A stretch of 64,000 nt of DNA from Anaerohalosphaeraceae bacterium (GCA_963675525.2 CAXXSL010000016.1:512001-576000); one strand, 5' to 3'; shown: positions 11,273 through 21,955, numbered from the stretch's first letter. The notes: generated from the sequence alone by a model not told the origin. Numbers and translations: made by a program.

Positions 11273-13771
11273 TTATTGCGGACAATCCGAAGATGGAAGC
11301 AGGTAGCATTCCAGCCACTCGGAAGCCATCTCCACAAATTCATTGAGGTCCACTTTACAATCCGCCATCCCGTCAGGACCTGTGATGTCTAACGCCGGAT
11401 TCGCAACACAAACCTGCGTTTGCGGATCAATCCCGCTTTCCAGCCAATCATAGGAAGCAAAATAGACCAAATCATCCAGGTTAATCATACAGTCCCCTGT
11501 CAAATCGTATGGATTGACCTGATAACAGGAGCGGTTTTGGTCATAAAGCAACTGAATCGTTGCCTGATCCATCGCAAAACTGTAGATCCGCACCTCGTCA
11601 ATTTGACCTGTCCAGCCACGACCGGTAGGATTATCGCTGCGGCTGCCGATATAAACCCCGTCGGCATTGCTGCTGACTGCTTCAGGCGTTGCGACGAAAG
11701 CATCTAATTCGCCGTCAACATATAGTATAATGTTCTGGCCGTCATAAGTTGCCGCCAAGTGATGCCAGGTGTTATCCATAGCCGTGATACTACCATTGGC
11801 CTGATATTCATAACTGGGGGAATTGAAATGGAAGGCAATACCGTCTTTATTACCGGAACCGTATCCATTGCGGCACAGTCTCCAGGCCCAACGACCTTTT
11901 GTTATCACAGATGCCCAATCGGAAGTCTGTGATAAGGCTGATGCTTTAATCCAGGCTGTAATGGTGCCACCGTCATATAGCGTCAAACCTGAACTGTTCT
12001 GGCAATTCAGATAACTGCTGCCGTTTAAACTAATAGCCTGGCCGGAAAAAACACCCGTTGTGAAGCTCGGGCTGCCGACGGCCGATCCGTTATAGCCATT
12101 GCCGGTCACATCGTTATAATTACCTTCCATCGGCCAATAAGCAGTTAAATCCGCAATCACCAGACTCACCGTACTGGACGTTGCCGTGCCCGCTGAATTT
12201 GTAACAACACAATAATATTGGCCAATGTCTCCGCTTTGAACATTGCTAATTGTCAATATCCTGTTACTTCCAACAAGAGTGTCAGAGCCGCCTATATTTA
12301 CTTTATACCAGTCATACGACATCGTGAGGGGGCTGACTGCGTATACTTCAAACCTTGCGGTTTTACCCAGCGGCACACCGGCTGAAACCGGCTGCTCCCA
12401 AATCTCGGGCTCATTGGAAACGATCGGCTGCGGATCGAACAATCCAACAATATCCATGTTCCAATTGAGATAGGTTGTATAAGTTCCTCTGCACCACAAC
12501 AGAATCGTTCCGCCGTCCCATCGCGGGATGATCGGGCGAATATTGTCCTGGGTTGAATTTTTCGTAATATATTCCCATTGCCAACTGGCACCCATATCGG
12601 TCGTGGTGCCTTTGAATAATTCATAGTGGCGCTGTCCGTCGGCCGTACTGATCAAGGGGTCTCCCGTCACCGGATGCACATCCGCTGAAATGTACAGGAC
12701 ATCAGGATCGCTCGGATCCAGGGCCACTAACCCGGTATAGTCATCCTCGGCTGAATACAAAGCACTGCCCGCATAAGCGATCTCATTGACATGCCACTGG
12801 ATGCCGTCCCAGCGGGCGTACCCATACCGTAAATCATACATGCTCGCATTCATCTGAATAGAGAAGGCAAAATAGGGATAGCCATTAGCATCCAGATCAA
12901 TATCGGTTGTCCAGGCTACATTATTGACACCGCCCTGGTAGATCTTTTCCAATGACGTCGGAGCAATGCCGCCGGTGGCTGTATCGTGCAGCCAGGTTCC
13001 GTCCGCTTTGTAAAGATCTCCCTGATAAAGATAACCGTAATAAATGCTGTTGCTGTAATTACGCGGATGGGCTTCGGTGGTGATGAAATGGATTTTGTCC
13101 ACATCATTGGACGTATATTTCACATAGGGCCGTGTCCCGCCGGTTCCGATAGCGATCAGACGCCCATCCGTCGCAACACCGGAAAGCCCATAGCTCCAGG
13201 TCTGTCCGTTGTTGTCCGACGTGAGAAAATTCGGATTGTAATTTTCCCCTCGATAAAAATCATAAATTCGTCCGCCTTCGGCACTGAGACGATAGACATT
13301 CGAATACGTCACCCCCGCTCCGGCCAGGTACGTAATTTCAGTCGCCCAACTGGTTGCATCATTCGGATTGGTCGTGGTCCGGTGCCGCATATAGGAATCG
13401 TTGCCATGCGTGGCATACACTGCCAGTATCCGATCATCCGGCAAGGGCAAGAATGCTGGTGCAGCATGATCGTCGGAATTGAAATTCGCATGAAGTACAA
13501 AAGGAGCCGACAGGACACCCGTGTTAATATCGTATTGAACAACCTCCACATTGCCATCGCGTGTGGCGCCGCCGGTACCCGATGCATCCGCCACTGAACC
13601 GATGATCAGCTTGTCGTTATGAACGATCGCCCGTTCATCCTGAAACCAGCACCACACACCATTGTCATTAAACACGATCGGTTCTGCTGCATGGGCCAAT
13701 GCGGAAAAAAGACAAATCGAAAGATATATTGATAGTTTTAAAAAAGATAAATTGTGACATTTATTTTTCAT
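11273..13771 (-). CDS. Secreted BNR-repeat (BNR_4-like) beta-propeller protein + Ig-like + LamG + dockerin-like pair; candidate polysaccharide lyase
   Basis: GVWCWFQD, DDHAAP, Asp-box SDNNGQTW, RPYVKY, DNIRP; Ig motif GQYYCVVTN; LamG; start taken at MKNK. Confidence 0.75.
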   Translation of the reverse strand: MKNKCHNLSFLKLSIYLSICLFSALAHAAEPIVFNDNGVWCWFQDERAIVHNDKLIIGSVADASGTGGATRDGNVEVVQYDINTGVLSAPFVLHANFNSDDHAAPAFLPLPDDRILAVYATHGNDSYMRHRTTTNPNDATSWATEITYLAGAGVTYSNVYRLSAEGGRIYDFYRGENYNPNFLTSDNNGQTWSYGLSGVATDGRLIAIGTGGTRPYVKYTSNDVDKIHFITTEAHPRNYSNSIYYGYLYQGDLYKADGTWLHDTATGGIAPTSLEKIYQGGVNNVAWTTDIDLDANGYPYFAFSIQMNASMYDLRYGYARWDGIQWHVNEIAYAGSALYSAEDDYTGLVALDPSDPDVLYISADVHPVTGDPLISTADGQRHYELFKGTTTDMGASWQWEYITKNSTQDNIRPIIPRWDGGTILLWCRGTYTTYLNWNMDIVGLFDPQPIVSNEPEIWEQPVSAGVPLGKTARFEVYAVSPLTMSYDWYKVNIGGSDTLVGSNRILTISNVQSGDIGQYYCVVTNSAGTATSSTVSLVIADLTAYWPMEGNYNDVTGNGYNGSAVGSPSFTTGVFSGQAISLNGSSYLNCQNSSGLTLYDGGTITAWIKASALSQTSDWASVITKGRWAWRLCRNGYGSGNKDGIAFHFNSPSYEYQANGSITAMDNTWHHLAATYDGQNIILYVDGELDAFVATPEAVSSNADGVYIGSRSDNPTGRGWTGQIDEVRIYSFAMDQATIQLLYDQNRSCYQVNPYDLTGDCMINLDDLVYFASYDWLESGIDPQTQVCVANPALDITGPDGMADCKVDLNEFVEMASEWLECYLLPSSDCPQ

Positions 13772-13815
13772 CGTCGTTCTTGCGACCCCTATTATTAATA
13801 GATACTCATTTTTAG

Positions 13816-13850
13816 AAAAAGACCGGGGTCTCACGAGGAGGCCCCGGTTT
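13816..13850 (-). terminator. Intrinsic terminator-like hairpin after 13887-16145
   Basis: ACCGGGGTCTC / GAGGCCCCGGT inverted repeat with a T-run on the minus strand. Confidence 0.65.
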
Positions 13851-13886
13851 CCAATTCAAATACACATCAACCTCTTGACAAGCACT

Positions 13887-16145
13887 TTAGTAAGAAGCAG
13901 GTGCCGTCAGTTTGATGTCATCCAGCCACTGAGCTGCGAACGCCGCAAAATCAACAATATCCACATCACAGTCACTATCGGAGTCATAGAGGTTATAACT
14001 GGCACCATTGGCGATTGCCGCGGCACATGCATCGGCATACACATGAATCTGATAGACAGCAGTATTAGATGCCTGCGCACCCAGCGAGCCGTCAATATCC
14101 GTTATAACTAACTCAACCTCATAATCACCAGGCGCGTCGCCGACAACGGTCGCTTCGGGATGATATGGATTAGCTGAGATGTCGGTAAGGACGAGATTAG
14201 GGTCGCCCACCGTAACTGTCCAGGCAATGCTGGTAAGATCGATATCGGCTTCACCGAAGTCGTTCACATCAGCCCATATCGTAGCCGGCTCACCAGCCCA
14301 GGTGCGCACCCAATCCCAGTCTTGAATAGCCGGCACCTTGTCTGCAGTCAGCGTCGTAAAGAGGATGGTTTTCCCGGTATAGGTGATACCGTCAATAACC
14401 GTATCTACACGCCACAGACAGTACTGGTCAAAATCGATACCCTCGGCAATGGAGTGAGATGCGGCTGCAATACCCTTCGAGATCCCACTCGCCGCAACGT
14501 ATGACGCAATATCGGGATTCGAGCCGTCACCGTTGCCAATGTAATAATACAGGACCTGATCGTCACCGCTTGCGCCGTCAAAGTTCGGATCGTTCGTCGG
14601 CGTCCAACTGAGATTAATCGGTGTTGAAGGAACGACATCAGCGCCATCCGGGGCCTGGTCGGTCACGCCGTGAATCATCAGATAACCCGTATAGAGGTGG
14701 ACATCGTCAAATCGCACCCAACCGCCAGTATCGTCGGCATTCAGGTAGATACCAATCTTTTTATCGGCATCAGAGGCTGTTGCGGTATAACTCACAGAGC
14801 CCGCATACCACGGGGCCGCATCCTCTAAATGGTTGATGGGGAATGTGGTGACATTTGACGCAAGCAGAAAATTGGGATCATCATTTGCAACAACACTCAT
14901 CATCATTTGATCACAGTACCAACGCGGCTTGAACTGCGCTGTGAACGTATACTCTATTCCTTCAACCATATTGGCATCGGCAATGTTGTATATATTAGGA
15001 TCAACACTATTTAAGGCACCGTGCCAGCCATCGCCGTCAGCACTGTCACCGGTACCGCCGCCGCCGGTTCCACCGTCGACCGTACCGGGTGCTATGGCGG
15101 TCCAGCCCGGGATATCGTCTCCTGACTCACCGTCCCAACCGGGATTGATATTAACTAACCCTGGCAGAGCTAGATCGCCGTTGAGTACAGTTTCTTCAGT
15201 GTCGAATAGAAAGTAGCTTATCGGATCTTCGACGAGCTCCGGTACATAGACACTTAAAATCCCCGTGCTTTCATCAAACTGATACGTCGTGCCATTGGCA
15301 TCTTTCTGCCATGCGCCGTCGCCCATATCGGTAAAGCCGGTCACCGCGAAGGTCGCACCATAGGTTACATTCGATGCGGTAACGATCGCCCAGCTGTCTC
15401 CGGGGATTGTGCCTGCACCGGTCAGATCAAAGTTAAATTCGCCATTGAAGACGACCGAGGCACCAGCTCCGGAAACGCTGTTGTTGACGCCGCTGGCACC
15501 AATTACGAAATTCAGAACCGCATTCGGGTCCGGCGCCGTTCCCGCCGCCAAAGTAAAGCCACAGTTGTTGTTAACGGAACCACCAACAACAATGTTGCCT
15601 GTGAAAGAACTGTCCGGCGAATAAAAGGTCACCACGCTAGAAGAAGAACTGTCGCCTCCCGAAATGGTAATCGTACCACTGCCGCTGATATCGGATAAGA
15701 CATTGATCCGGCCCTGTTTGGGGTAGAGTCGCCCACCATTCGCCGTTACTGTGACCGTCCCGTCAAGTGTTAAGAAGTCCGCGGCAGGGTTGTTGGCGGT
15801 CGAAATCAAGCCACCGTCCAGGATCAGGGTGTTGACGGTAATGATCCCGGTAGACCCCGAACCTTTGTACATAAAACCGTCACCATAGGGCGTGGTATTA
15901 TTGATGGTGAGGGAATCGCCGGCAAACGTGTGGCTGGCACTGTCCGGCGGTGTGCGGAGTCGCGTACCACCGGGCACAAAGTAATTGTTTCCAGCCGAAG
16001 GGGCCGATCCGCTATCCCAGAGACCCGCAGTGTTGAACGATGAAGTACCTATTGCGTCGATGCCCGTAAGGGTAACTGTGGCGGCCATTACCTGAGCCTG
16101 AACACCTAACAAACCAATTACCAATAAAATTCCTAATTTTCTCAT
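13887..16145 (-). CDS. Secreted multidomain protein, long twin of PEP-CTERM protein 16402-17340, with C-terminal dockerin-like motif
   Basis: Signal peptide; first ~280 aa align with 16402-17340; ends YDSDSDCDVDIVDFAAFAAQWL. Confidence 0.85.
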   Translation of the reverse strand: MRKLGILLVIGLLGVQAQVMAATVTLTGIDAIGTSSFNTAGLWDSGSAPSAGNNYFVPGGTRLRTPPDSASHTFAGDSLTINNTTPYGDGFMYKGSGSTGIITVNTLILDGGLISTANNPAADFLTLDGTVTVTANGGRLYPKQGRINVLSDISGSGTITISGGDSSSSSVVTFYSPDSSFTGNIVVGGSVNNNCGFTLAAGTAPDPNAVLNFVIGASGVNNSVSGAGASVVFNGEFNFDLTGAGTIPGDSWAIVTASNVTYGATFAVTGFTDMGDGAWQKDANGTTYQFDESTGILSVYVPELVEDPISYFLFDTEETVLNGDLALPGLVNINPGWDGESGDDIPGWTAIAPGTVDGGTGGGGTGDSADGDGWHGALNSVDPNIYNIADANMVEGIEYTFTAQFKPRWYCDQMMMSVVANDDPNFLLASNVTTFPINHLEDAAPWYAGSVSYTATASDADKKIGIYLNADDTGGWVRFDDVHLYTGYLMIHGVTDQAPDGADVVPSTPINLSWTPTNDPNFDGASGDDQVLYYYIGNGDGSNPDIASYVAASGISKGIAAASHSIAEGIDFDQYCLWRVDTVIDGITYTGKTILFTTLTADKVPAIQDWDWVRTWAGEPATIWADVNDFGEADIDLTSIAWTVTVGDPNLVLTDISANPYHPEATVVGDAPGDYEVELVITDIDGSLGAQASNTAVYQIHVYADACAAAIANGASYNLYDSDSDCDVDIVDFAAFAAQWLDDIKLTAPASY

Positions 16146-16290
16146 GATCGTTTCCTTTCACATTAATACATAAACAATTATAGATTAAACGATAATACGC
16201 TATTGGGTTATTCAATCGGCAGTTAAGTATAAATCCTTGATAATATCATTTAATATAGAGCCTTATTGCCGTACATATTTGTCGTCCGAT

Positions 16291-16328
16291 AAAACGGACC
16301 GCCACCATGTTGACCGATGGCGGTCCGT
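16291..16328 (-). terminator. Terminator-like hairpin between the PEP-CTERM gene and its long twin
   Basis: ACGGACCGCCA / TGGCGGTCCGT 11-bp stem followed by a short T-run on the minus strand. Confidence 0.6.
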
Positions 16329-16401
16329 CGCACTCATTTGATTTACATTTTAAACAATAAAACTTTACGCATCCGTGCATTAATGTACTTCCCGTCACCG
16401 C

Positions 16402-17340
16402 TTAGCGCTTACGACGCAGAACCAGAGCACCCAGACCCAGCAGAACCATTGTTGCCGGTTCCGGAACGACGCTCAAGGTACCTGTGCTTTCCTGGAACTT
16501 GTATATAACGCCGCTGTCGTTTTTCCACCAGGAATCATTATCGCCCAGTGCGGTGAATCCGGCCACGTTGAACGTGCTGGTCCAGTAAGTTGAAGCAGCC
16601 ACAGTGTCGACAATCGCCCAACTATCACCGAGAGTCGTGCCTGCACCGGTCAGATCAAAGATGAAATCGCCACCAAAAATTGAATGCAGCTGAGTTCCGG
16701 CACTACCGTTAGAAATACCGTTGTTGACACCGCTGGCGCCGATCACAAAGTTCAGGTTGGCGTCATCGGCCAACTCGAGACGGCCATTGTTAACGATATT
16801 ACCCGTATAGGTATTAGCTGACGAATCAATCCATATCTTATTACCGGAACCCGCGTCGGATGCCAGAATGTTAAGCTGGGCAGTGCCGTGGATAGCCGAA
16901 TAGAGATGGATCGGTCCCTGCTTGGGATAGAGGCGGGATTCACTGACGACATTGATGTTGCCGTACAGATTGCAGATGTCAGCCGATCCATTTCCGTGGG
17001 AGATCAGGCCGCCGTCTAAGATGAGGTTGTCGACGGTGAGGCTGCCTGTACTGCCGGTTCCCTTGTACATAAAACCGTCACCATAGGGCGTGGTATTGTT
17101 GATGGTAAGGGAATCGCCGGCGAAGGTGTAACTGCCGCCATCCGCAGGTGAGCGGAGTCGTGTACCATCGGGCACAAAGTAATCGTTACCAGCCGAAGGA
17201 GCCGAGGCATCGTCCCAGAGACCCGCACTGTTGAACGATGAACCGCCGAAAGGATCGATGCCGGTCAGGGTCACATCGACTGCCAGTGCCGGTGCGGCCA
17301 ACAAACTAAAAATCATTAACATTAACAATACTCTTTTCAT
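16402..17340 (-). CDS. PEP-CTERM sorting-domain protein
   Basis: Signal peptide; C-terminus VPEPATMVLLGLGALVLRRKR. Confidence 0.92.
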   Translation of the reverse strand: MKRVLLMLMIFSLLAAPALAVDVTLTGIDPFGGSSFNSAGLWDDASAPSAGNDYFVPDGTRLRSPADGGSYTFAGDSLTINNTTPYGDGFMYKGTGSTGSLTVDNLILDGGLISHGNGSADICNLYGNINVVSESRLYPKQGPIHLYSAIHGTAQLNILASDAGSGNKIWIDSSANTYTGNIVNNGRLELADDANLNFVIGASGVNNGISNGSAGTQLHSIFGGDFIFDLTGAGTTLGDSWAIVDTVAASTYWTSTFNVAGFTALGDNDSWWKNDSGVIYKFQESTGTLSVVPEPATMVLLGLGALVLRRKR

Positions 17341-17460
17341 CTTTCCATACCTCCAAAAAACATTAACATTGTTAAAATACTTTAACTACACAACAAAACA
17401 CTTACACACACTACAACATCACACACTTCACAAATTTCACACACTTCAAACATATTCATC
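17341..17460 (-). promoter_or_regulatory. GT-rich repetitive 5' leader of the PEP-CTERM gene (GTGAAGTGTGTGA units)
   Basis: Low-complexity repeat plus GGAGGT RBS; similar to 29540-29630. Confidence 0.5.
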
Positions 17461-17508
17461 TGCTCACAGTGAGCAATTACGGCAATGTTAGTTCAAACTT
17501 CTAAATCA

Positions 17509-19221
17509 TCATGGTTTTCCGGCTTCATAAATCGCCTGAATTTCCTGTTCTGATAAATCCCGGCTTAATATCATAAGTTCGTCGACAATACCGTCAAAGT
17601 CGCCCTCTGCGAAAACATACTTCCCTTCCTTCTTGACAGCACCGATGATAATTTCAGCTGGGTTTCCTGCTGAAAGGCCTTTATACTGTGCAGACTCGAA
17701 TAACTTTCCGTTTATATAAAATCGGAGCTCGACTCCATCATGAACAACAGCAAAATGATACCACTTGTTTGCCTCTGGAATAAATGGTTCACTGTAAAAA
17801 CCGCTCTTTGATTCTGTTATAAGATATTGACGATATTCAAAACGATTCTTCTGGTAACCGTAGACATAGTTTTCATCAAACAATGAAAACTGATAGTTAA
17901 TGCATCCGTTTTGCCTGCATGAAATTAAATGACCGCCCCACCGATCGGAATTCGGAAAATTCACCCACGTACAAATAGTTAATGGATTCGTCACGGACAG
18001 GGACGTATCCGTCGAAATAACGATCGCCTGCTGTTTGTTTCGCTCAAACAGGATGGCGTCTTTCTGAGGCCAGCGTCCCTGCACCCATGTGGGCTTATTC
18101 TTGTTTTCGCCGCCAAAAATCCCCTGCATGCTCTGTTGCTCCGGAAATGCAGCGTTCAGCAGCCGATCAGGGCTCGTTTGAGACCTTTCAAAAAAGTAAT
18201 GGGCAACCAATGAAGGGTCGCGGTGCAGGCGATATATGGACTCTCTCCAGCGGTAATAGCTGTCATCCTTTTGAGCGCGGTACCGGATATTAATCTCTTC
18301 GGGCCGAACAAATACTTTTGGATCAATCGCTTTGCTGGAAAGCTTGCTTTCCGTATCGGCAACAGCCCCTTGTCCGGCCTTGAGGGAAAGACTTTCCGTA
18401 AATTTGATCGGATCGGAGGAATCCCGTATCTGGACCTGTCCCTCATAGACATACGTTTCTGTCTGTCCGGCCGAATCGACTTTCACGCCAAACTCCGTGC
18501 CGTAATCCACAACACTGGCATGCGGTGTCCGAACAAGAAAGGCCTGTTCGTCCTTTCCTGTCTTTCTGGCAACAATTTGTCCCTCTTGAAGATATATTTG
18601 CTGCGTTGACTCCAACGTAAATTGACAAGGAGCCTGGACAACGACAACTGCCCCACTATCGAGTACAATCTCTGCATACCCCTTGATCAGACTCATCGGG
18701 CCGGAATAAAGAGCGCATCCCTGTGTGATTTGTCCGGAAGCATCCTGCCATTGGACATCGATGGTTTTGGACAATTTCCCGACCAGAGGCGCCATTTTAA
18801 CAGGAGCTAAATGGATATAAAGCAGTAAAAGAAGTATCGCCGCAACAGACATGATTACCGACACCAACGATACCCTATCGATTTTTCGCGGTGTCTTATC
18901 AACAGAACTCATTTTTATAATTTCAGGTTTTGCTTTCGGAATTTCAATTTCAACCGTTTCGGCGGTTCTTTCTTCCCGGGCTAATTCGAGCCACAAATCA
19001 TGACTCAGGACTGCGTTGTCTTCCTCAGCAATTCGGGCCGCCGGAAATCTGTCGATCGCGCCAAGTGAAGCGTTGACCGCCATGAACCTTAAATAATAGC
19101 GTCTGAAAGATGTATCTTCCCGCAATAAACGGTCAAATTCAGAAAAATGCTCGTCACTCATCTGTCCATCGAGGGCATGAAGAATCATCTCACCGTATTG
19201 GAAGTGTTTATCATGGCTCAT
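17509..19221 (-). CDS. FecR-like anti-sigma factor with C-terminal LamG domain
   Basis: N-terminal anti-sigma helix (LDGQMSDEHFSEFDRLL), TM segment, VVDYGTEFGV motif, LamG; ATGA overlap with the sigma gene. Confidence 0.88.
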   Translation of the reverse strand: MSHDKHFQYGEMILHALDGQMSDEHFSEFDRLLREDTSFRRYYLRFMAVNASLGAIDRFPAARIAEEDNAVLSHDLWLELAREERTAETVEIEIPKAKPEIIKMSSVDKTPRKIDRVSLVSVIMSVAAILLLLLYIHLAPVKMAPLVGKLSKTIDVQWQDASGQITQGCALYSGPMSLIKGYAEIVLDSGAVVVVQAPCQFTLESTQQIYLQEGQIVARKTGKDEQAFLVRTPHASVVDYGTEFGVKVDSAGQTETYVYEGQVQIRDSSDPIKFTESLSLKAGQGAVADTESKLSSKAIDPKVFVRPEEINIRYRAQKDDSYYRWRESIYRLHRDPSLVAHYFFERSQTSPDRLLNAAFPEQQSMQGIFGGENKNKPTWVQGRWPQKDAILFERNKQQAIVISTDTSLSVTNPLTICTWVNFPNSDRWGGHLISCRQNGCINYQFSLFDENYVYGYQKNRFEYRQYLITESKSGFYSEPFIPEANKWYHFAVVHDGVELRFYINGKLFESAQYKGLSAGNPAEIIIGAVKKEGKYVFAEGDFDGIVDELMILSRDLSEQEIQAIYEAGKP

Positions 19222-19742
19222 GGCAGTTCCTCTTGATGGATCTGCCGGTTTACGCACAACAGCAAAATATTATGAATACGGGACAGTCTTTTGTAAATAC
19301 TCTGAACAGAACGACCGAAACGTGACGCAATAATTTTGACATTTTGGTTCAATTCATAGCGTAATTGAATCAATTTGTAATCTTTCATATCTAATTTCTG
19401 GATGCATTTTTTCACTGCCTCTAAATGTAAATTATACTGGTCCTCTGATGTAAAAGATTCCTTTTCTAAAATGCGAATCGTTTCATTGCTTAATTTACGC
19501 TTATTTCTCTTAACATCCTTGTAATACTCATAGACTTTATATTTCGCGATGGTCAATGCCCATGCGACAAAGTCGGTATGTGGCGTATAATTCTCATATT
19601 TTCTCCATAAAAGACCTACAACCTCCTGCATGACATCTTCCGCATCTGCATAGTTGGGAATAAGCGTGGCAATATATGAAAAGATGCGTTTTTGATTCGG
19701 CACCAATACCTGCAAAAAACTTTCTGTTTCTTTATTCGCCAT
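19218..19742 (-). CDS. ECF RNA polymerase sigma-70 factor (planctomycete/verrucomicrobial type)
   Basis: DAEDVMQE, FVAWALTIAKY, region 4 SIYKRLSRIH. Confidence 0.9.
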   Translation of the reverse strand: MANKETESFLQVLVPNQKRIFSYIATLIPNYADAEDVMQEVVGLLWRKYENYTPHTDFVAWALTIAKYKVYEYYKDVKRNKRKLSNETIRILEKESFTSEDQYNLHLEAVKKCIQKLDMKDYKLIQLRYELNQNVKIIASRFGRSVQSIYKRLSRIHNILLLCVNRQIHQEELP

Positions 19743-19921
19743 TCGTACAAAAGCCCTTTTTCGAACATAGTTCCTGTTCTTAGATAAATGGGCAACCACC
19801 CCTGCATTTTAAACCAAAATAAATAAAATTCAGGTTAATCAACCAATGAATCGGATTTTTCGCATCGTCTTTTTGCCGGCAATCCAATATAGAAGTGTTT
19901 TCAAGAGCTAAAATCAACAAA

Positions 19922-19959
19922 ATTAAGCCTCTTATATATGATTAAGCCCCTTATATATG
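19922..19959. repeat. 19-bp tandem duplication
   Basis: ATTAAGCCTCTTATATATG followed directly by ATTAAGCCCCTTATATATG. Confidence 0.8.
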
Positions 19960-20089
19960 GCCTGTCCCTGCACCCTGGAAAAATGGTGTTTCAAAAACGT
20001 ATCACATAGTTCTTTCAGTATGTGAGACGTTTCAAATGGCAGAGGTGTTGGTGTCCCAATCAGGAAAAAATGTATGTAGAATCTTAGTT

Positions 20090-21145
20090 TTACAACAACC
20101 TAATCCCTGCTTCTTTACATCGTTTCACGGTTTCATCGGGCCAGATGCTGGCATGAACTTCTCCTATATGCATTTTTTGTAAATAGAACATACACAGCCT
20201 TGATTGACCAATTCCTCCTCCAACAGTCAATGGGAACTCATCGTTCAACAACCGCTTGTGCCATTCCTGTTCTGCTCGTTCAAGAGAGTTCCGAATTCTC
20301 AACTGTTCAATCAAACTTTCTTTATCGACTCGGATGCCCATAGAACTAAGTTCGAATCCTCTTTGCAGAATAGGATTCCACACAAAAATATCTCCATTAA
20401 GTCCTCTCTTTCCATTTCCATTGAGAGTAATCCAATCATCATAGTCAGGTGCTCGACCATCATGTAATATGCCCTCAGACAGCTCTGCTCCTATGCCAAT
20501 GATGAATACAGCCCCATACTCCCTGGCTATTTTATCTTCTCGTGTTCGAGGAGACAGATCGGGATATTTTTCAGCCAGCTCTTCCGTATGTATAAAAACT
20601 ATCTCTTTGGGAAGCAGAGGAGATAATACTGTAAATCTTTCGCAAACAGCTTTTTCTGTAAATTTGATTGAATTGTATATTTTTCTGACTATCTCTTTTA
20701 AGAAGTCCAGGTGCCTTTCTTCTTTGCTTATAATCCGTTCCCAATCCCATTGATCTACATAGATAGAGTGTATATTGTCCAGCACTTCTTCAGGCCTTAA
20801 GGCATTCATATCAGTATACAAGCCTTCACCATGCTCAAATCCATATTCCGCCAGAGCCATTCGTTTCCACTTGGCTAACGAAAAAAGACATTCGGCTTCG
20901 GCCATTTCGGCATCGGGAATCTGGAACGACACTTTTTTCTCAACACCATTCAAATCATCGTTTATTCCTGCGCCTTTCCGTAAAAAGAAAGGTGATGAAA
21001 TTCTTTGCAGATTAAGCTCATGGGATAACTGCTCCTCAAATGTCTCCTTAATGAACTTAATGGCCGTTTCGGTTTCCCGTAGGGACAACGCAGATTTGTA
21101 ATTTTCATCGATAAATAATTCTGGCATTTTCACTGTCACTGTCAT
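20090..21145 (-). CDS. asnA: Aspartate--ammonia ligase
   Basis: NDDLNGVE, SLAKWKR, HSIYVDQWDWE, RAPDYDDW, ELSSMGIRV, GGGIGQSRL. Confidence 0.96.
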   Translation of the reverse strand: MTVTVKMPELFIDENYKSALSLRETETAIKFIKETFEEQLSHELNLQRISSPFFLRKGAGINDDLNGVEKKVSFQIPDAEMAEAECLFSLAKWKRMALAEYGFEHGEGLYTDMNALRPEEVLDNIHSIYVDQWDWERIISKEERHLDFLKEIVRKIYNSIKFTEKAVCERFTVLSPLLPKEIVFIHTEELAEKYPDLSPRTREDKIAREYGAVFIIGIGAELSEGILHDGRAPDYDDWITLNGNGKRGLNGDIFVWNPILQRGFELSSMGIRVDKESLIEQLRIRNSLERAEQEWHKRLLNDEFPLTVGGGIGQSRLCMFYLQKMHIGEVHASIWPDETVKRCKEAGIRLL

Positions 21146-21277
21146 TGTTTAATGTAGAGTTCAAAATTTATTAAAAATTTCATTATATCAATCATCAATC
21201 TGAAGAGCAATAAGAATAGGTAGTTAATGTCCAAAAAAGGCGTTCAACCTCAACAGAGCCCTCAAGGAGGGAGGATC

Positions 21278-21463
21278 ATGAAAGATAAATATAATAGTAT
21301 TCGTATACGTAATGCAATAAAAGAGTTGTCTGAAGTTGAAGAATATGAAAAAGGAGAAGGCTTTTCAAATCTTATAAGTAAGGCGGTTGAAGATGCTGGT
21401 AAAAATAGGGATGCCGTGCCTGGGTCCTCTGATTGGCCAACAAAATGGGGCGATTTGAATTAG
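21278..21463 (+). CDS. Small hypothetical protein or fragment
   Basis: Strong RBS (GGAGGGAGG) before ATG 21278; no recognised motif. Confidence 0.35.
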   Translation: MKDKYNSIRIRNAIKELSEVEEYEKGEGFSNLISKAVEDAGKNRDAVPGSSDWPTKWGDLN

Positions 21464-21785
21464 GGCCCGACTTTTTCAAGCTAATTCCTTGACAGATGCC
21501 CGATAATCGCGAATCATTAAACTGTGCCGAAAAGAGCACGAATAGCAGACTGAGCCAAAAAAGCCAAAAATAGGGAAGGTGTAAACATGGGAAAATAAAA
21601 AGTATTAGCTATTGACGGAAAACCTCATAGCAGCACCTCACACTCCCGGTATTTAGTTACAGCATGAACACGATTTTTTATAAGCAAGTCAATAGTCAAT
21701 TCGTTCCGGTTGCCGGCGTTTTATGACTTGGTGGTTACCGGCACCCGATCATTGCAAAAGGGACCCGTTGACAAAAAGAGTACCC

Positions 21786-21858
21786 CTGATTTACAAATTC
21801 TGGATGTTTTATTCTTTTTCTTACCATTTAACATTGTTTTGGTATAATTCTACTATCA
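21786..21858 (+). promoter_or_regulatory. Sigma-70-type promoter block, homologous to 34702-34772
   Basis: TTACCA-16-TATAAT with extended TG; 52 of 64 aligned positions match the second copy by hand count. Confidence 0.7.
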
Positions 21859-21955
21859 CATCCGCAATCACCATCGGAGGAGAACGCGGAGGAGAGAGGA
21901 TTTATCTGAAGACCAAGGACTGGAAACCGAGGTCTGTTACAAGGAGAGAGGAAAG

